This document shows positions 37,311 through 46,931 of a DNA stretch of 64,000 bases, piece by piece. The DNA is from Desulfuromonadales bacterium (GTDB lineage Bacteria; Desulfobacterota; JAENJC01), in assembly GCA_919902985.1 (NCBI GenBank), contig CAKKSC010000007.1, positions 16,749-80,748 of the forward strand, in the 5' to 3' direction. Position 1 is the first letter of the stretch. Every line of letters begins with the position of its first letter. The translations under genes and the position numbers were made by a program. A model generated the notes under the pieces. That model saw only the letters and a program-made list of their open reading frames with translations. It was not told the DNA's origin and ran no database searches.

Positions 37311-37372
37311 TAAAATGCAAAATGCAAAATTAAAAACTAAAATTTGCAATTTACAATTTGCATTTGATCAAC
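37311..37372. repeat. AT-rich heptamer-array inverted pair that encodes the PilW leader
   Basis: (ATGCAAA)(ATGCAAA)(ATTAAAA)(ACTAAAA)(TTTGCAA)(TTTACAA)(TTTGCAT). Translated as MQNAKLKTKICNLQFAFDQ. Confidence 0.6.
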
Positions 37373-38364
37373 GCGGGTTTACCCTCGTTGAGCTCCTTGT
37401 TGCAATGGCCATAGCCTCAGTTATTGGAATGGCCGGGGTCTCCCTGTTCTCAACCAGCAACTGGGCTTATAAGGTTAATGAGGACGTGGCTGAGGCCCAG
37501 CAGAACGGCAGGGTGTCGTTGGATAGGCTCGCCAAAGACATAAGGACAGCCGGGTTCGGTCTACCTGACCCGCCGTTTACCCTCTCCATTGGGGGGCAGA
37601 ACTGGACTTCTCCGATTACCGTTACGACCAGCGGTGGATCAGGGGGCCCGGACAGCATAACTATCCTCGGGATAGGGTATGAGGCTGGGACGCTGGAGAA
37701 CGACGCTGACAATAATGGTACCGAGGATGATAATACCTGCAACGGTGGCGCCGATAGCAAGATATGTCTCGATAGCGTAGATCCCAGCACTAATAGCTTC
37801 TTTAGCAGCGATTTGACTACCTTCAAGACTTCAAGGATGTATATAAGCCTCAATGGATCAACATTTATAGAACTCTCTAATACCCAAACGGAGAGGGCGG
37901 CTGGGAAACTTGCTTTAGGAACCCCTTCTACCCTCGACAGGCTCTACCCCGACGGCACCCCAGTCTATATCATCCAGGCTGTTACATATTCCATAGAAAC
38001 TACCGGTGTGGGATGTTCATCTTCAAATCCATGCCTTAAAAGCAATGACCTCACAGAACTACGTGGCAGCGGTACTCAGACCATTGCCGAGAACATAGAG
38101 GACATCCAGTTTGCTTATGGTGTGGACGCAGACCGGGATGGAAATATGGATTCGAGTACTTTATCTAATGATCCGGCAGATGATTCCAGTATACTGGCTG
38201 TGAGGGCATGGGTGGTTGCGATGACGAGGAACAGGGATATGAAGGGCTCGACTTTTACAAGGCCTGTTATTGAAGACCATTCTGCCAGCGCATCCGACAA
38301 CTACAGGCGAAGGATCCTTACTAAGATCATAAAGCTGAGGAATCCAAGGACCGGAGGGTCGTAA
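37315..38364 (+). CDS. pilW: type IV pilus minor pilin PilW
   Basis: RGFTLVELLVAMAIASVIGMAG preceded by a 20-aa leader. Start ATG 37315. Confidence 0.65.
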   Translation: MQNAKLKTKICNLQFAFDQRGFTLVELLVAMAIASVIGMAGVSLFSTSNWAYKVNEDVAEAQQNGRVSLDRLAKDIRTAGFGLPDPPFTLSIGGQNWTSPITVTTSGGSGGPDSITILGIGYEAGTLENDADNNGTEDDNTCNGGADSKICLDSVDPSTNSFFSSDLTTFKTSRMYISLNGSTFIELSNTQTERAAGKLALGTPSTLDRLYPDGTPVYIIQAVTYSIETTGVGCSSSNPCLKSNDLTELRGSGTQTIAENIEDIQFAYGVDADRDGNMDSSTLSNDPADDSSILAVRAWVVAMTRNRDMKGSTFTRPVIEDHSASASDNYRRRILTKIIKLRNPRTGGS

Positions 38365-38365
38365 T

Positions 38366-38456
38366 GTATCCCATCCCCACCTTAATCCTCCCCTTGAAGG
38401 GGAGGAAATAAGCATTCTCCCTCTCCCTCAGGGAGAGGGTTGGGGTGAGGGTGGAT
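38366..38456. repeat. poly-C/poly-G tandem hairpin repeat, copy e
   Basis: The first 40 nt match copy c with 2 mismatches. Two hairpins. Lies between pilW and pilX. Confidence 0.7.
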
Positions 38457-38472
38457 TTAGAGAGGTATTGAA

Positions 38473-38985
38473 ATGAAGACATTGAATAATGAAAGAGGAG
38501 CGGTCCTTATAACAACACTCCTGTTGATTGTGATAATTACCCTCATCGGGCTTATTGCAATAAACACAGCGACAGTAGACATACAGATATCTGGGCAGAC
38601 CAAGAGATCCTCAATGGTCTTTGGGGGTGCAGAAGCAGGGGTTGATCTTGCAATACCTGTGATCGAGGGCACCCTTGGCAGCGGGGCTCTTGTACCCCCC
38701 GCACCGACCGGGATCATTACAAATCTTGATACCGGAGCTTCCCCAAATTTACTCGGTGAGATAACCGCCAGTTCGGACAATAACGCAGATACCGCCTCAG
38801 GCACGCCTGATATAACAGCTGGACTTAACGGAGTAAATGTTCAGATTGACATAGACAGGTTATACTCCTATCAGATTCCGGGCGGGGCCATAGAGTTTGC
38901 TGCGGGTTATGAAGGAGTTGGCGCAGGGGCAGCAGGCGGTGGGACCGGTGTTCTTTACAGAATTGACAGTCAGGGGACTTTATAG
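38473..38985 (+). CDS. pilX: type IV pilus minor pilin PilX
   Basis: PilX_N-like N-terminus ERGAVLITTLLLIVIITLIGLIAINTATVD. Confidence 0.65.
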   Translation: MKTLNNERGAVLITTLLLIVIITLIGLIAINTATVDIQISGQTKRSSMVFGGAEAGVDLAIPVIEGTLGSGALVPPAPTGIITNLDTGASPNLLGEITASSDNNADTASGTPDITAGLNGVNVQIDIDRLYSYQIPGGAIEFAAGYEGVGAGAAGGGTGVLYRIDSQGTL

Positions 38986-39016
38986 GACGATGATTAAGGG
39001 AGAGGAGGGACCTATT

Positions 39017-39319
39017 ATGAAAAGGATAAAAATACTGTTTGGACTGTTACTGGTTGCGATCGCAATCTCTATGGCGCCTGAGAACGCCCTTTCTGGAGAG
39101 AAGGGTAAGGCCTCAGGGAGGATAACCGCAATTCAGCAGGATGGTACTGTCATGATCGACGCAAAGGTTTATAAGGTTGACGGGTTGGCAAGGATTACAA
39201 GTTGGGAAGGGAAACAGATTTCTTTGCGGGAAGTAGAACTTCCTGCTCGTGTTTCCTTTGAATATGAAGCTACAGAGGAAGGTCGCGTAATCAAGCTTCT
39301 GCGGGAGATCCCGCAATAG
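39017..39319 (+). CDS. small secreted protein of unknown function
   Basis: Signal peptide MKRIKILFGLLLVAIAISMA. About 100 aa. AAGGGAGAGGAGGG RBS. Lies between pilX and pilY1. Confidence 0.4.
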   Translation: MKRIKILFGLLLVAIAISMAPENALSGEKGKASGRITAIQQDGTVMIDAKVYKVDGLARITSWEGKQISLREVELPARVSFEYEATEEGRVIKLLREIPQ

Positions 39320-39335
39320 GACAAGGGAGGATGTC

Positions 39336-42300
39336 ATGAAAAAGATATGGATGTGCGTATTGTTGATACTGCCGGTGTCTCTTTCACTTTCTGTAAATAA
39401 GGCGCACCCGGCAACTAACGCAGACTACACAGCTGCTCCCCCGTTTATCGGGGCAGTTAATCAGCCAAACGTGATGATTGTGCTGGACAACTCAGGAAGC
39501 ATGAACGAGGGGGCATATACAGGTTCTTTCAATGCTACCCAGTTCGCCTCAGGGTACTACGGATATTTCGATCCTGTCAAAAACTACCAATATACCGGTA
39601 GCGGCAGGTGGGAGGTTACGACCCTGGCCATGACCAGCGGAACTAGCGCCAACCCTATTGCGACAGGAAACTTCCTGAACTGGGCCACAATGCGCAGGAT
39701 CGACATAGCAAAAAAGCTCCTGATCGGCGGCAAGGCCGCCCCGAAGTCTCCATCTGCCGGGGTAACGGTCAAGCTGTTAGGCGAGACCGCAAGCACATCA
39801 TGGAACTTCTTTAAAGACCATGATAACACCGCAATGACAGAGATGTACCCGTTTGGCGCGAATTATCGATTCTGGATGTCGCAGGACAAATTGTCTATAG
39901 TCCCTGTCAGCACCAATCCCGGCAACATACGTCCAAGCAGTCAGATATTTAAGGACGAGGTGGAAAACGGGGCAGGAGGGTGGACCGCAACCGGCCTCTG
40001 GCACAGGGAAACCGGGCCGGACTGTCTTCAGACCCATAGCGGCCTGGCAAGCTGGTACTACGGGCAATATGTCTCTACTGCAACACCGACATGCAACTAT
40101 AATAAAACAGTTACCTCAGGGGCTATCCCCCTTACCTTTGTGTCATCAGGCAGCAAGATATCAAGATCAACAGGGAGTTTCATAACAGACGGTTTTTCCG
40201 CAGGCACTATATGGACAACCTCAACCATAAATCCAGGCCCTTTTACTATAATATCGGTATTTGCTAACGAAATAAACGTTTCAGAGCTTGTCACAGACGA
40301 GAGCGTCACAGCGACTATTACCAGTAATTCTTCAGTGACAAATTCAGGGACTCTTACCAGCGGGAACATAGTTCTCGCTGCAGGGAGCGCTCCGCAGTTG
40401 AGCTTCTGGTACTATTATCAGACGGAGAGCTCAGGCACATCCTATGACCAGAGATGGGTCAAGATATCCACAGACGGCGGGACAACATGGGCGAACCTGA
40501 CCCAGCTTTCCGGCGACACCATGAGCACATGGATTCAAAAGAGCATAGACCTGTCCGCGTATGCGGGCCAGACCATCAAGCTGCAGTTTTACTTTAATAC
40601 CGTCGATACCGTTTTGAACAACAGTGCGGGTTGGTACATAGACGATATCTCGATAACCGGCAATACCGCTTCATGCGGGATAAGCGTACCCGCTGCCTGG
40701 ACCCTTGGCGGGACAGGGGTCCCTGCAACCGCTTGCGATGCTGTTGATGAGTCCTCGTCGGATGGAGACACAACCTATATCCAGAACACAACCACCGCCA
40801 CCGATGCCTCGGCGGTTATCTTCAATTACAATTATTATAATGTCCCGGACTTCAGCAGCGCCACAATAAGCAGCGTGGCAGTAAAAGTGGTGGCCAAGAG
40901 GATTGGCGGGTCTGGTACAACCCGCAAACTGAACGGCGCGCTTCAGATTAATGGAACCAACTATTTCTCAGCGGCCTCATCGAGTCTCACTTCATCCTAC
41001 AGCACTTATACCTTTACCTGGGGGAGCAAACCAGCGGGTGCCGGTGGTGGAGCATGGACATGGAGCGATATCAAGTCAGGCGGGATAGGGAGCATTGGCG
41101 GGTTCGGGCTGAAAAATAATTCAACATCCGCCACTATATATCCCCGCATAACGCAAGTATACATGGTAATCACTGTCTCGTTGCCGACAGGCGGACCTTT
41201 TAATGTCATAGTTGATCAGGGGATGGTAAAGGCGGAGGGTATTATCGACACCCTGAGCAGCGGGGCCAGGTTCGGCCTGGCTTATTATAATACCGACTCC
41301 CAGGGCGGAGAGATTGACACTTACGTTGACTTCAGCTCTCCCACGAACATGGTTACATCAATACACAATAAGACAGCCGATACGTGGACCCCCCTTGCGG
41401 AGACACTCTATGAGGTTATCAGGTATTTCAAACAGGACTCTCCGTATTACGCCCACTCTCCTGTAGATTATCAGACTGGCCTGAACTATGACCCCTATTA
41501 TTATCAGTTTTCCGCGTCAAACAAGGTTTATGTGCCGTGCGCGAAGTCATTCATCCTTTTCCTTACAGACGGAGAGCCGACGCAGGACACCAGTATCCCT
41601 GCCAGCTTACAGGGTTATGCCGCGGCTAACGGCGGATACGGCACAGGTTATTTTGCAGATGTGGCCCTGTGGATGAGGCAGCAGGACGCGGGCAAAACCG
41701 GGGATATTCGCCCCGGCACCTGCACGACCGTTCCTACTGCGTTCCAGCAGTGCATCCCGGAAGTCCAGAGCCTGGTACTGTATCCCGTGTTCCTGTTCGG
41801 GCATGGATCGTCGCTGTTAAAAAATACCGCGATAAACGGAGGGTTTGACGACCTGGATCAAGACGGCATTCCAGACTGCTCAACAACCCCGAAGGAGTGT
41901 TACAGGGATTCGAACGGGGACGGAACCGTCTCATCGGACGGCAGTGACTTCCCCATTACCTATTTTGAGGGAGACGACGGATATGAGCTTCAGGGCAGCA
42001 TCACGAACGCCCTTGCCGATATAATGAAGCGCGGCGCATCAGGGACATCGGTCTCCATTCTTGCGACCTCTGCGGAAGGCGAGGGCGGTCTCTATCAGGC
42101 CTATTTCTACCCTCAGAAGATACTGTCCGACGGGACGAAGAGGGACTGGCTCGGGTACTGCAGAGGGCTCTTCGTGGACGGCGAGGGGAACCTGAGGGAG
42201 GACACAGACCAGGACGCAAAGCTCATTTACAAAGATGACAAGATCCTGAGGATGCGCCTGGACACCGTCACAAATCTGGTGTACGGGGACCTTTATAAGG

Positions 42301-44537
42301 ATGTTTCCCCTGAAGATGGAACGGCCGATTCAGCCACCGCAGATTCAACGGCGTACGTCGACGACTTAATGGCGCTATGGGAGGCCGGCAAAGATCTGGC
42401 TACCAAGGATAAGGCCCAAAGGAACATATATGTATGGACAGACACGGACAACGACGGGATTGTAGATGACGGGGATTTTTCCGCCGCTACTCCGACAGAG
42501 GCGCTGTCCTTCTCAACAACAAACTCCGCAACCCTTCAACCAAGTCTGCGGGCCGCTGATTCTACCGAGGCGGGCAATATTATAAATTTCATAAGGGGCA
42601 TCCCTGTCTCCGGATACAGGAACAGGTGCATACCTCTCACTGGGGAGACACAGGAGACAGGTTGCTCAGCATCAACGGAGAGGATATGGGGCCTCGGTGA
42701 CGTCATTTATTCGACCCCTACAGTCGTTTCTGGCACCAGGGAGCAGTACGATCAGCTGTACGGATCTGATGCGCTGACATACCTGGCCTTCAGGAATCGA
42801 TATAACAGCAGGAGGCAGGTCGTTTATGTGGGGGCAAATGACGGCATGCTTCACGCGTTCAACGCAGGGGTCTATCTTTCAGGGGATGACACCGCCACCG
42901 GAGGGGAAACGGAGCACGGGAGGTTCATCGCAAACCCCACAAGCGGCAACGGCTGGACCTCACCAGCCGCCCCCGCCCTGGGGGAGGAACTATGGTCCTT
43001 TATCCCCTACGACAATCTGCCGCATCTGAAGTGGCTTACCAGCCAGAGTTACAGTCATGTATATTATGTCGACCTCAAGCCTAAGCCTACAGATGTGAGG
43101 ATATTCTGCGATACAGATATCACGCTGAATCCTCCCACCGGGGCTAATTGCATCAATGGCCAGACAGGCGCTTCCCATCCCGGCGGATGGGGGACCATAC
43201 TTATAGTAGGGATGCGGCTTGGAGGGGGGGCAATTGATGTTGATCTGAACGGGGATGGCGATACCGTTGATGCCGGCGAGAGGTTCAGGTCGTCATACTA
43301 TGTTCTTGATGTCACAGACCCTGAGAAACCGCCGAGGCTCCTCTGGAGGTTTACGGATCCAAACCTTGGCTTTACGACTTCTTATCCTGCCATAGCCCAT
43401 ATAAAAGGCTCACCGGAGAAATGGTTCATGGTAGTAGGCTCCGGCCCTGACAATAACGTCCCAACCGGAACAAGAGGGTATGAAGGGACGAGCACTCAGA
43501 CGGGCAGGGTATTTGTGGTTAACCTCCTGAATGGCATTAAAGCAAAGGAATTTACCACCGATACGAATGCATTCATGGGAGATCCGACGATTGTGGACGG
43601 GGACATGGATTTTACAACTGATGTTGTATACATTGGAAGCGTCAACTCGACAACCAGTGGAAAGGTTTACAGGATAAATACAAACAGCGACCTCAATCCA
43701 ACCAACTGGACTATATCAACCCTGATAGATACGGGGAGACCTCTCCTCGTGGGGCCTTCTGTTTCAAAGGACAGCTTCAACAACTTATGGGTATTCTTCG
43801 GCACAGGGAGGCTGTTTGGAGTTGCGGACAAGACCAATGGCGATCAACAGAGCCTGTGGGGTATAAAGGACGGGTGCTGGAAGGGGGGAGGGACCGTCAG
43901 GCTTGCTTCAGTAAGCGCCGGCAATGTTGTTACCGCAGGCACCACTGATACTGCATGCCCTGTTACTTATACCACAGCCAGACTTTTAGATGTGACCAAT
44001 ACGCAGGTCACTCTTGCAGGAGGCGCCTCTCAAGTGAGCGGTTTAACTGGCAGCGCAATTTCATACCAGACTCTGCTCAGCACGGCAAGATCCGCCCATG
44101 GCTGGTATTCAAAACTATCTTCTTCCGCTCCAACCGAAAAGGTGCTGTCCAGGAGCGTGGTGATTGGAGGCCTTGTCCTGTTTACGACATTTACGCCCAC
44201 CACTGACATATGCGGTTTTCAGGGAGACAGCTCCATCTATGCCCTTTATTATGAGACAGGTACGGCATATATCAAACCCGTTATAGGCACTACAGGCAGC
44301 GGTGCAACGGAGACGGTATTGAAAACCAAGACTCTGGGCAAAGGAATGCCGACCACTGTTGGAATCGCGGTGGGTAAGAAGACAAAGGGGTACGTTCAGA
44401 CATCTACAGGTACCATCGTAGAGGTGGAGGCAGCACCTCCATTAGCCGTCAGGAGCGGAGCCGCCGGATGGCGCGAGAAGACTGGCGGGGGCGGGGCAGT
44501 AGATATCGAGGAGATATACAAACATATCGTGAAATAA
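39336..44537 (+). CDS. pilY1: PilY1-like type IV pilus tip adhesin (giant, 1733 aa)
   Basis: Signal peptide. vWA-like VMIVLDNSGSMNE. C-terminal PilY1 beta-propeller signature SYYVLDVTDPEKPPRLLWRF. Central jelly-roll/MAM-like segment. Confidence 0.85.
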   Translation: MKKIWMCVLLILPVSLSLSVNKAHPATNADYTAAPPFIGAVNQPNVMIVLDNSGSMNEGAYTGSFNATQFASGYYGYFDPVKNYQYTGSGRWEVTTLAMTSGTSANPIATGNFLNWATMRRIDIAKKLLIGGKAAPKSPSAGVTVKLLGETASTSWNFFKDHDNTAMTEMYPFGANYRFWMSQDKLSIVPVSTNPGNIRPSSQIFKDEVENGAGGWTATGLWHRETGPDCLQTHSGLASWYYGQYVSTATPTCNYNKTVTSGAIPLTFVSSGSKISRSTGSFITDGFSAGTIWTTSTINPGPFTIISVFANEINVSELVTDESVTATITSNSSVTNSGTLTSGNIVLAAGSAPQLSFWYYYQTESSGTSYDQRWVKISTDGGTTWANLTQLSGDTMSTWIQKSIDLSAYAGQTIKLQFYFNTVDTVLNNSAGWYIDDISITGNTASCGISVPAAWTLGGTGVPATACDAVDESSSDGDTTYIQNTTTATDASAVIFNYNYYNVPDFSSATISSVAVKVVAKRIGGSGTTRKLNGALQINGTNYFSAASSSLTSSYSTYTFTWGSKPAGAGGGAWTWSDIKSGGIGSIGGFGLKNNSTSATIYPRITQVYMVITVSLPTGGPFNVIVDQGMVKAEGIIDTLSSGARFGLAYYNTDSQGGEIDTYVDFSSPTNMVTSIHNKTADTWTPLAETLYEVIRYFKQDSPYYAHSPVDYQTGLNYDPYYYQFSASNKVYVPCAKSFILFLTDGEPTQDTSIPASLQGYAAANGGYGTGYFADVALWMRQQDAGKTGDIRPGTCTTVPTAFQQCIPEVQSLVLYPVFLFGHGSSLLKNTAINGGFDDLDQDGIPDCSTTPKECYRDSNGDGTVSSDGSDFPITYFEGDDGYELQGSITNALADIMKRGASGTSVSILATSAEGEGGLYQAYFYPQKILSDGTKRDWLGYCRGLFVDGEGNLREDTDQDAKLIYKDDKILRMRLDTVTNLVYGDLYKDVSPEDGTADSATADSTAYVDDLMALWEAGKDLATKDKAQRNIYVWTDTDNDGIVDDGDFSAATPTEALSFSTTNSATLQPSLRAADSTEAGNIINFIRGIPVSGYRNRCIPLTGETQETGCSASTERIWGLGDVIYSTPTVVSGTREQYDQLYGSDALTYLAFRNRYNSRRQVVYVGANDGMLHAFNAGVYLSGDDTATGGETEHGRFIANPTSGNGWTSPAAPALGEELWSFIPYDNLPHLKWLTSQSYSHVYYVDLKPKPTDVRIFCDTDITLNPPTGANCINGQTGASHPGGWGTILIVGMRLGGGAIDVDLNGDGDTVDAGERFRSSYYVLDVTDPEKPPRLLWRFTDPNLGFTTSYPAIAHIKGSPEKWFMVVGSGPDNNVPTGTRGYEGTSTQTGRVFVVNLLNGIKAKEFTTDTNAFMGDPTIVDGDMDFTTDVVYIGSVNSTTSGKVYRINTNSDLNPTNWTISTLIDTGRPLLVGPSVSKDSFNNLWVFFGTGRLFGVADKTNGDQQSLWGIKDGCWKGGGTVRLASVSAGNVVTAGTTDTACPVTYTTARLLDVTNTQVTLAGGASQVSGLTGSAISYQTLLSTARSAHGWYSKLSSSAPTEKVLSRSVVIGGLVLFTTFTPTTDICGFQGDSSIYALYYETGTAYIKPVIGTTGSGATETVLKTKTLGKGMPTTVGIAVGKKTKGYVQTSTGTIVEVEAAPPLAVRSGAAGWREKTGGGGAVDIEEIYKHIVK

Positions 44538-44639
44538 AGACGCAAGGGTGGGTACGCCCCACCCTTGAACTAAATTCAGTAATCTGCCATTAATGATGCG
44601 AATGAAATTAAGGCATCAGCAAGTTTTAGGGAGGGTACA

Positions 44640-45383
44640 GTGGTAAGGCTTACTCATCTGATATTTATCGTTTGCATTATCACATTAGGTTGCACATCCA
44701 GGAAGGTCGAGGAGCCTGCGCCACAAGCAAAACCTGCCGAAGTCCAGACAAAGGTTGCGGAAGGGGGAGGGGTTCAACCTCCGACTTTGCAGGAATCCAG
44801 ACCAGAGGCGGTATCCGCTGCTCCCACAACTCCTTCTGCCCCAAAAAATAAGCTGCCTGAGATAGTCACAATAAGGCTTACCCCCAGGCTTGTTTATCCT
44901 GGCACAAAGGTCAAGGCTGAACCGGAGGCAAGAGATGAGGACGGCGATACAGTCAGCTATTATTATGAGTGGAAAAGAAATGATGACGTCCTTTCCGGAG
45001 AGATGCTGGATGAGATTGGCACTGACGGGTTCAAAAAAGGGGATTTCATAACAGTATCCGTTACTCCATATGATGGGAAGGAAAAGGGGAAGCCGAGAAG
45101 GTCTCTCCCCCTTGTTGTTGCAAACAGACCGCCGGAGATAACCTCATCAGCGCCGTCAGAGCTTTCCAAGGGCATATATATTTATGAAGTAAAGGCTGCC
45201 GATCCGGACGGAGACAAACTATCTTTTTCAATTGAAGGTGCGCCTTCCGGGATGACCATTGACTCCGTCACAGGAACGGTCCGGTGGGATGGACCTCAAC
45301 CTGGTACTTATAATATAAAGATCGAGGTGAGCGACGGTGATGCCAAGGCCTTCCAGGGATTTGAGCTGAGCTTTACCAGATAA
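44640..45383 (+). CDS. lipoprotein with two cadherin-like/putative Ig repeats
   Basis: Lipobox ITLGCTS. DEDGDTVSYYYEW and DPDGDKLSFSIEGAPSGMTIDSVTGTVRWDG repeats. GTG start with an AGGGAGGG RBS. Confidence 0.5.
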   Translation: MVRLTHLIFIVCIITLGCTSRKVEEPAPQAKPAEVQTKVAEGGGVQPPTLQESRPEAVSAAPTTPSAPKNKLPEIVTIRLTPRLVYPGTKVKAEPEARDEDGDTVSYYYEWKRNDDVLSGEMLDEIGTDGFKKGDFITVSVTPYDGKEKGKPRRSLPLVVANRPPEITSSAPSELSKGIYIYEVKAADPDGDKLSFSIEGAPSGMTIDSVTGTVRWDGPQPGTYNIKIEVSDGDAKAFQGFELSFTR

Positions 45384-45404
45384 TTTCCATATCTGAATTA
45401 AAAA

Positions 45405-45438
45405 TAATGCCACAAGATATTGTGGCATTATTTTTTTT
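45405..45438 (+). terminator. rho-independent terminator
   Basis: 10-bp stem TAATGCCACA-agatat-TGTGGCATTA followed by a T8 run. Confidence 0.65.
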
Positions 45439-45542
45439 GGGCTCTATATGTAGAGCTTTTTATATAATTTAACATAATTATGCTTAATTTATAATAATTA
45501 GATTTGACACAGTGTATGAATTATGGAATTTTATAGTGCAAT

Positions 45543-45797
45543 ATGAAGCAGAATATAAACAACGTTAGGAAGTTGAGAGAGGCCAAGCTGATGAGCAAGG
45601 CCGAATTGGCAAGAAAGGCCGGGATATCAGTCCTGACAGTGGACAGAATAGAGAAGGGTCACCCATGCAGGCTGGACACGAAAAGGAAGGTGGTCATTGC
45701 CCTGGGTCTCAGGGTTCCTGAGGCGGACAAGGTTTTTAAGAGCAGCCAGAAATCAGAAGACAGGGGTCAGGGGTCAAGGGTCAGGGGTCAGAAGTAA
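45543..45797 (+). CDS. XRE-family helix-turn-helix transcriptional regulator
   Basis: HTH LMSKAELARKAGISVLTVDRIEKG. The C-terminal tail GQGSRVRGQK is encoded by a GGGGTCA heptamer array. Confidence 0.6.
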   Translation: MKQNINNVRKLREAKLMSKAELARKAGISVLTVDRIEKGHPCRLDTKRKVVIALGLRVPEADKVFKSSQKSEDRGQGSRVRGQK

Positions 45798-45855
45798 CCG
45801 TGAGGTTAATATCATTAGCTTTTACCTCTCACGTCTTACGTTTCACGTCTCACGG
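45761..45855. repeat. composite heptamer arrays: (CAGGGGT)x5 in the XRE C-terminus, then a CCGTGAGG / CTCACG inverted pair
   Basis: CAGGGGTCAGGGGTCAAGGGTCAGGGGTCAGAAGT...CCGTGAGG...CCTCTCACGTCTTACGTTTCACGTCTCACGG. Upstream of pilM. Confidence 0.7.
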
Positions 45856-45872
45856 AAGTTATAGGGGTTTAA

Positions 45873-46931
45873 ATGAATCTGTTCAGTAAGAAGAAAAATG
45901 TCATAGGGGTAGATATAGGCTCCTCAGCGATCAAGATAGTGGAGCTGAAGGATACCAAAAAGGGGTACCAGCTGGTCAAATATGGTATAGCCCCGATCCC
46001 TTCCGAGGTTATTGTTGACGGCGCAATAATGGATTCTTTCGCCGTAGTAGAGGCCATAAAGAACCTCCTTGCTGAGAAAAAGATAAAGACTAAGGATGCT
46101 GCCATATCGGTGTCCGGTCATTCAGTGATAATAAAAAAGATTACTCTTCCCGCCATGACAGAGGAGGAGTTGGAAGAGTCTATCCAGTGGGAAGCGGAGC
46201 AGTATATTCCATTCCCCATAGGCGATGTGAACATGGACTTCCACATCCTTGAGATGGCCACTGGGCAGCCTCAGATGGATGTCTTGATCGTTGCTGTAAA
46301 GAAGGACATGATAAACGATTATACCGCAGTCATGTCGGAGGCAGGGCTGAATGCCGTAGTGGTTGACGTGGACTCATTTGCGCTGGAAAATATGTACTGC
46401 ATTAACTACGATGTGGCGCCTGAAGAGACGGTGGCGCTGGTAAATCTTGGGGCCAATGTGATAAACATAAATATCCTTAAGGGAGGGACATCAACCCTTA
46501 CCAGGGATGTTTCTGTTGGAGGAAGGCAGATAACCAATGAGATACAGAAGCATCTCGGTGTGAGCTTTGAGGATGCGGAGATTTTGAAGTGCGGCGGGGA
46601 AGTAAGTGGTGTTGACGCCAAGAATATGGATGAGATTGTCAAAACAGCCTCGAATAACCTTGTGACAGAGGTGCAGAGGTCTTTTGATTTTTATCTTTCA
46701 ACAGTTCAGGAAGGCAGGATTGATAAGGTTTACTTAAGTGGCGGCTCATCAATGCTGAAGGGGATAGTCGAGGCGATATCGGAGCGGACCGGTATCTCGA
46801 CCGAAATGGCAAACCCCTTCCTGAAGATAGGGCTTAATAAGAAAACTTCTGACGCCGAAAATCTGAAGAAAGATGCAGGATTATTATGTGTCGGTGTTGG
46901 GTTGGCAATCAGGAGACCTGGCGATAAATGA
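45873..46931 (+). CDS. pilM: type IV pilus assembly protein PilM
   Basis: Actin-like ATPase fold. VIGVDIGSSAIKIVELK. Confidence 0.9.
   Translation: MNLFSKKKNVIGVDIGSSAIKIVELKDTKKGYQLVKYGIAPIPSEVIVDGAIMDSFAVVEAIKNLLAEKKIKTKDAAISVSGHSVIIKKITLPAMTEEELEESIQWEAEQYIPFPIGDVNMDFHILEMATGQPQMDVLIVAVKKDMINDYTAVMSEAGLNAVVVDVDSFALENMYCINYDVAPEETVALVNLGANVININILKGGTSTLTRDVSVGGRQITNEIQKHLGVSFEDAEILKCGGEVSGVDAKNMDEIVKTASNNLVTEVQRSFDFYLSTVQEGRIDKVYLSGGSSMLKGIVEAISERTGISTEMANPFLKIGLNKKTSDAENLKKDAGLLCVGVGLAIRRPGDK

Noticed and set aside
44547-44570. Terminator after pilY1
   Set aside because: Good 9-bp stem AAGGGTGGG-tacg-CCCACCCTT, but no T-tract. Kept only as a possible RNA-stabilising hairpin, not called as a terminator.
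45503-45540. Sigma-70 promoter TTGACA upstream of the XRE gene
   Set aside because: The -35 hexamer is perfect, but I could not find a convincing -10 at 16-18 nt spacing (AATTTT/ATTTTA). Left uncalled.
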